18,713 bases of DNA from a virus (Duplodnaviria > Heunggongvirae > Uroviricota > Caudoviricetes), in the IMG/VR virus record IMGVR_UViG_2663762939_000014. One strand, 5' to 3'. The translations under genes were made by a program, and so were the position numbers. Shown piece after piece: positions 17,061-18,713 of the stretch (the first letter of the stretch is position 1; each line of letters starts with the position of its first letter). The notes beneath the pieces were generated by a model. That model was not told the DNA's origin and did not search any database. It was given only the letters and a program-made list of their open reading frames with translations.

Positions 17061-18089
17061 TTATTTCACCTGTACCACCACAAACTCATCCGGATCCGGC
17101 AGCACCATCAGCGGTGCGGACTGCGTCATGGTGAATTCACGGGCCGGATCGCCCACGGTCAGCCAGTGTTTCGGGTAACGGGAAGAGGCCACCACACCTT
17201 CGGACAACGCCTGCGCATCCTGAATGGCACCATAGCAACGAATGCCCTCTGCTGCCGTATTCCCCAGGACCAGTGTGCCCTCCGGCAGATAACGTTTTTC
17301 GGTACCGTCTTCTGCCACATAAGACGTTTTCGCCACCACAATGGCCAGATCGCCGTAATACCCCTTGAAGGACACCACCGCCCCCAGGTCTTTCACTGCC
17401 GTTTCGAGTTGTGAATTTGAGCCGCGACGGGTATCCAGTTTTTCGCGGAACAGCTTAAAGCCATTCAGCAGACGCCAGACCGTACCGTCCATAATGGCGA
17501 TATTCACAAGGCCGCTGGCCTGATCGCAGTAGAGGTCAATATCATGCGTCGGATCAAACGTATCACGGTCCTGCTCAGACCATTTTTTACCGTCAGCCTG
17601 CTCAATGTTATTTCCTTCAGAGCGCCCGAAATCCACCTCGACAGTATCAAACTGATCCCCTTCCATGGTGTATTTGCCATACAGCACGGCATTCACCGCC
17701 TGCATTTCTTCCACCTGGACAATGGCGTGCTCTTCCTGTTTGAGGTTATCGGTAATGATACGCAGACGACGGTAGGCCGGGTCGTTCAGCTGAGCCGGAT
17801 CTTCACCAGGAAGGCGCTCAACCGCCTGCTGGTAATTAAATTCGTGTTTGGGCTTGACGTAGCCCGGACGTAACACGCGGGTTTCACCACCGCGATGGCG
17901 AAGCACTTTTCCTTCAACGATCGGGGAGACATAGGCCGCCACCGGCGTTTTTCCGGTAATTTTGTCCAGCATCACCTCTTCGGTGTGGAAATTCACCGTA
18001 CGGCGGAAAAACAGCTCCAGAAACAGCGCACGGAATTTAACTTTTTGTTCGGTATAACCGAGTAACTGGCGGGTCGTAAACAATCCCAT
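17061..18089 (-). CDS. E: Major capsid protein E (342 aa)
   Basis: Collinear with lambda E (YVSPIV.G.V.R.RGG, PGYVKPKHE, AVKDLG..VS.KG.YGD.AIVV, TGDPAREFTM.QSAPLM.L.DPDEFV.VQ). Confidence 0.95.
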   Translation of the reverse strand: MGLFTTRQLLGYTEQKVKFRALFLELFFRRTVNFHTEEVMLDKITGKTPVAAYVSPIVEGKVLRHRGGETRVLRPGYVKPKHEFNYQQAVERLPGEDPAQLNDPAYRRLRIITDNLKQEEHAIVQVEEMQAVNAVLYGKYTMEGDQFDTVEVDFGRSEGNNIEQADGKKWSEQDRDTFDPTHDIDLYCDQASGLVNIAIMDGTVWRLLNGFKLFREKLDTRRGSNSQLETAVKDLGAVVSFKGYYGDLAIVVAKTSYVAEDGTEKRYLPEGTLVLGNTAAEGIRCYGAIQDAQALSEGVVASSRYPKHWLTVGDPAREFTMTQSAPLMVLPDPDEFVVVQVK

Positions 18090-18146
18090 AAATCAGTTCC
18101 TTTCATTAAGAAATCAGTCAGGCCAACGCGGTGGCCTGATAACGTG

Positions 18147-18494
18147 TTACGGCAGCGCCGCGTGACTCAGGGCACTGCCGGTAAAGGCGTTGGCCTTTTT
18201 GTGTTCATCCACACTTTCAGGCCAGCGGATTGCCTCCGTCGCAAAGGTCCCCGACTTGTAATAGGTCAGCACCGCCTCTGTGCCTTCAAGCGGCAGTACC
18301 AGTATGCCAACCGCACTACCGGCTTTCTGTCCGTCCCAGACCACCAGTTTCCCGGTGGCCCCATCCAGCATCAGGGGTGTCAGTGCCGGTGTTGCCGAGG
18401 AAATCCCGCTGCTGCCTGTGGCGGTGTGAGCCGGATCATTACCGGCAAAAATACGTACTTCCGCACGCTGTTCAGTGATGGTTTTCGTCACCAT
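18147..18494 (-). CDS. D: Head decoration protein D (115 aa)
   Basis: ..DPAHTAT...PA.TPLMLD....KLV.WDG...AVGIL...YKSGTF matches lambda D. Confidence 0.92.
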   Translation of the reverse strand: MVTKTITEQRAEVRIFAGNDPAHTATGSSGISSATPALTPLMLDGATGKLVVWDGQKAGSAVGILVLPLEGTEAVLTYYKSGTFATEAIRWPESVDEHKKANAFTGSALSHAALP

Positions 18495-18530
18495 ATTGTA
18501 AAAACCTCGTATTGATGTTCAGCACTGACT

Positions 18531-18713
18531 TCATGGCATGGCCATGAGCATTTTCACGTCCGCATCACCGTCTTCTGACGCCTGTGACACGCCCCCCTGG
18601 ACCGCAGCCGGTGAATGGTTCGCCATGAAATGTTCAAACAGGGCGGTTGTGGATGCAGAGACCGGTTCTGCCTTACCTGATCCCGCAGCCAGCACAGCCC
18701 GGGCGCTCTCCAC
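18531..18713 (-). CDS. C: C-terminal end of capsid protease/scaffold C-Nu3 (partial; 5-prime end outside the window)
   Basis: Open to the window edge; immediately upstream of D as in lambda; assignment by position and general character only. Confidence 0.6.
   Translation of the reverse strand: MESARAVLAAGSGKAEPVSASTTALFEHFMANHSPAAVQGGVSQASEDGDADVKMLMAMP

Noticed and set aside
1-18713. CRISPR arrays, tRNA or rRNA genes
   Set aside because: No regularly spaced direct repeats and no tRNA-like or rRNA-like sequence noticed by eye; the window is densely protein-coding apart from the I-J spacer

Overview
This window is the late (head-tail morphogenesis) module of a lambda-like prophage, almost certainly enterobacterial, with every gene on the minus strand in canonical lambda order: partial C/Nu3, D, E, FI, FII, Z, U, V, G and G-T (conserved -1 frameshift site), H, M, L, K, I, J, lom, then a Stf-like side tail fibre gene. 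That tail fibre gene is split by a complete IS2 (1812-3142, flanked by a 5-bp CCCGG target duplication); removing IS2 in silico restores one continuous ORF of about 690 codons. Two small co-oriented genes of unknown function follow it at the window edge. The non-canonical content is: (1) a 343-bp AT-rich spacer between I and J carrying a plus-strand sigma70-like promoter and two intrinsic-terminator hairpins, which I read as candidate antisense small RNA(s); (2) a tail fibre C-terminal domain unrelated to the lambda Stf distal domain; (3) the two-gene module downstream of the fibre; (4) the IS2 insertion itself. Homology calls are from my recollection of lambda protein sequences, not from a search. 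I see no CRISPR array, tRNA or rRNA. Antisense plus-strand ORFs in the ORF track are treated as spurious.
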